DNA of 63,836 nucleotides, the filler included, from Dicyema japonicum (Eukaryota > Animalia > Dicyemida), in the NCBI GenBank assembly GCA_011109175.1. It is 6 parts of 6 records of this genome, joined end to end, with 100 filler letters (N's around TTAATTAATTAA, not from the genome) between each part and the next. Parts side by side here need not be neighbours in the genome. Positions count along the whole stretch, not along the records: positions 62,807 to 63,836 come from RDEW01000297.1; 5 more parts are not named here. One strand, given 5' to 3'. The position numbers were made by a program, and so were the translations under genes. Below are positions 62,707 through 63,836 of the stretch, piece after piece. A model generated the notes under the pieces. It ran no database searches and was not told where the DNA came from. It saw nothing but the letters and a program-made list of their open reading frames with translations. Numbering within the stretch: the stretch's first letter is position 1; each line of letters opens with the position of its first letter.

Positions 62707-63654
62707 NNNNNNNNNNNNNNNNNNNNNNNNNNNNNNNNNNNNNNNNNNNNTTAATTAATTAANNNNNNNNNNNNNNNNNNNNNNNNNNNNNNNNNNNNNN
62801 NNNNNNAATATGGCCCGTCAACTCGCTGTTCTTATGTCTTNCTCATCGCGAAGAAGAACAACGATAGGAGAGAAAGAAGCTGGCTGATTGAGCGCAATTC
62901 CTTTCAAATCGTCAGAGGAAATGCATTTTCAATTATGAAAGCAGCCAGCAGTTAACTGTTAGTTTTTGCGTTAAAATAAAATTTGTTTTTTTTTCAAAAT
63001 TATTTACTTAAAAATATATTTATTACATGGTAAACTGTTCTTATGTTTTGTTGTTGACCTATTTATATTTTTTTATTATGTATTATTGTTTTAATATTCC
63101 CAGTTAATTTAATCAAAGATACAATTGAATATACATTTATCTATCTATATTATTGAGGTCAGTTAATAGCAACGAAGGCTGTTATCAAAGTGTTTTCGAT
63201 AAATATTTTGCTAATTCAATGTTTGCTTGTCTTTTACACTATTCTGACTAATCAATATATTTAAGATATATCAATGTGTCATTCAATATTGAGTATTTCT
63301 ATATAGGAATTTATTACATACAGCAATACAAATATATAACGGAACAGCCAATTCTCAATCAATGTTCGCTTGTCTTTTACACTATTTTGACTAATCAATA
63401 TATTTAAGATATATCAATGTGTCATTCAATATTGAGTATTTCTATATGGGAATTTATTACATACAGCGATACAAATATATAACGGAACAGCCAATTCTCA
63501 ATTTTTTTTTTTTTATAAATAATGATTAATTTTTTTTAATAAAAAATTGAATTTTAAATTATAAGCTTAACTTTTGCCTTCTACAAAAATCCAAACGTCA
63601 AATATTTTGGTAAGTATTTAAACCCAATTTTTTTCAAACAAAATAAAATCGTTG

Positions 63655-63836
63655 TTCTCACACGTTGTAGTCGTTGTGGTGCCAAGAAAAAAAAAGAAAA
63701 CAAAAAGAATGGAAAAGAAAATGCAGAAAAATAATCAGGCTAAGTCTGACTCTCCCCACTGCCATGCTATGGATCAAGCTACACTCAAAGAATTACTACT
63801 TTTACCTGCGAGGTCAAAAGAGATGTACGAGTCTTG
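63655..63836 (+). mobile_element. 5' end of another copy of the PHD-CRE family (cut by window edge)
   Basis: Close match to 42055-42210 (GTTGTGGTGCCAAG...ATGGATCAAGCTACAC...). Confidence 0.9.

Overview
AT-rich eukaryotic scaffold segment with many gaps. Five 100-nt spacers (44N-TTAATTAATTAA-44N) join separate contigs, so adjacency across them is unproven. It is dominated by decayed transposons: CRE-type and R4-type RLE retrotransposons (one CRE copy near full length, with an N-terminal PHD finger), RTE and I-group LINEs, a DD34E Tc1/IS630-like element with repeat-built TIRs, a pogo/Tigger, Buster-type hATs, a Helitron 3' end, Ginger-type integrase elements and a probable tRNA-derived SINE. 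Host genes are largely invisible to the ORF track because they are split by ultra-short introns (22 hand-called, 21-33 nt, mean about 25). Spliced by hand they give an intact divergent calmodulin, prefoldin subunit 4, an orphan Ig-like single-pass receptor and an adhesion-type GPCR 3' half. They also give damaged copies of REXO4, BCAS2/SPF27 and NRDE2, and there is a tRNA-Ile(AAT). The same tiny introns occur inside the Tc1-like and Ginger transposases. Animal-type intron positions plus about 25-nt introns suggest a reduced-genome metazoan parasite (dicyemid or myxozoan); this is inference. All homology calls are from recalled motifs, not database searches. No prokaryotic features or CRISPR arrays were seen.
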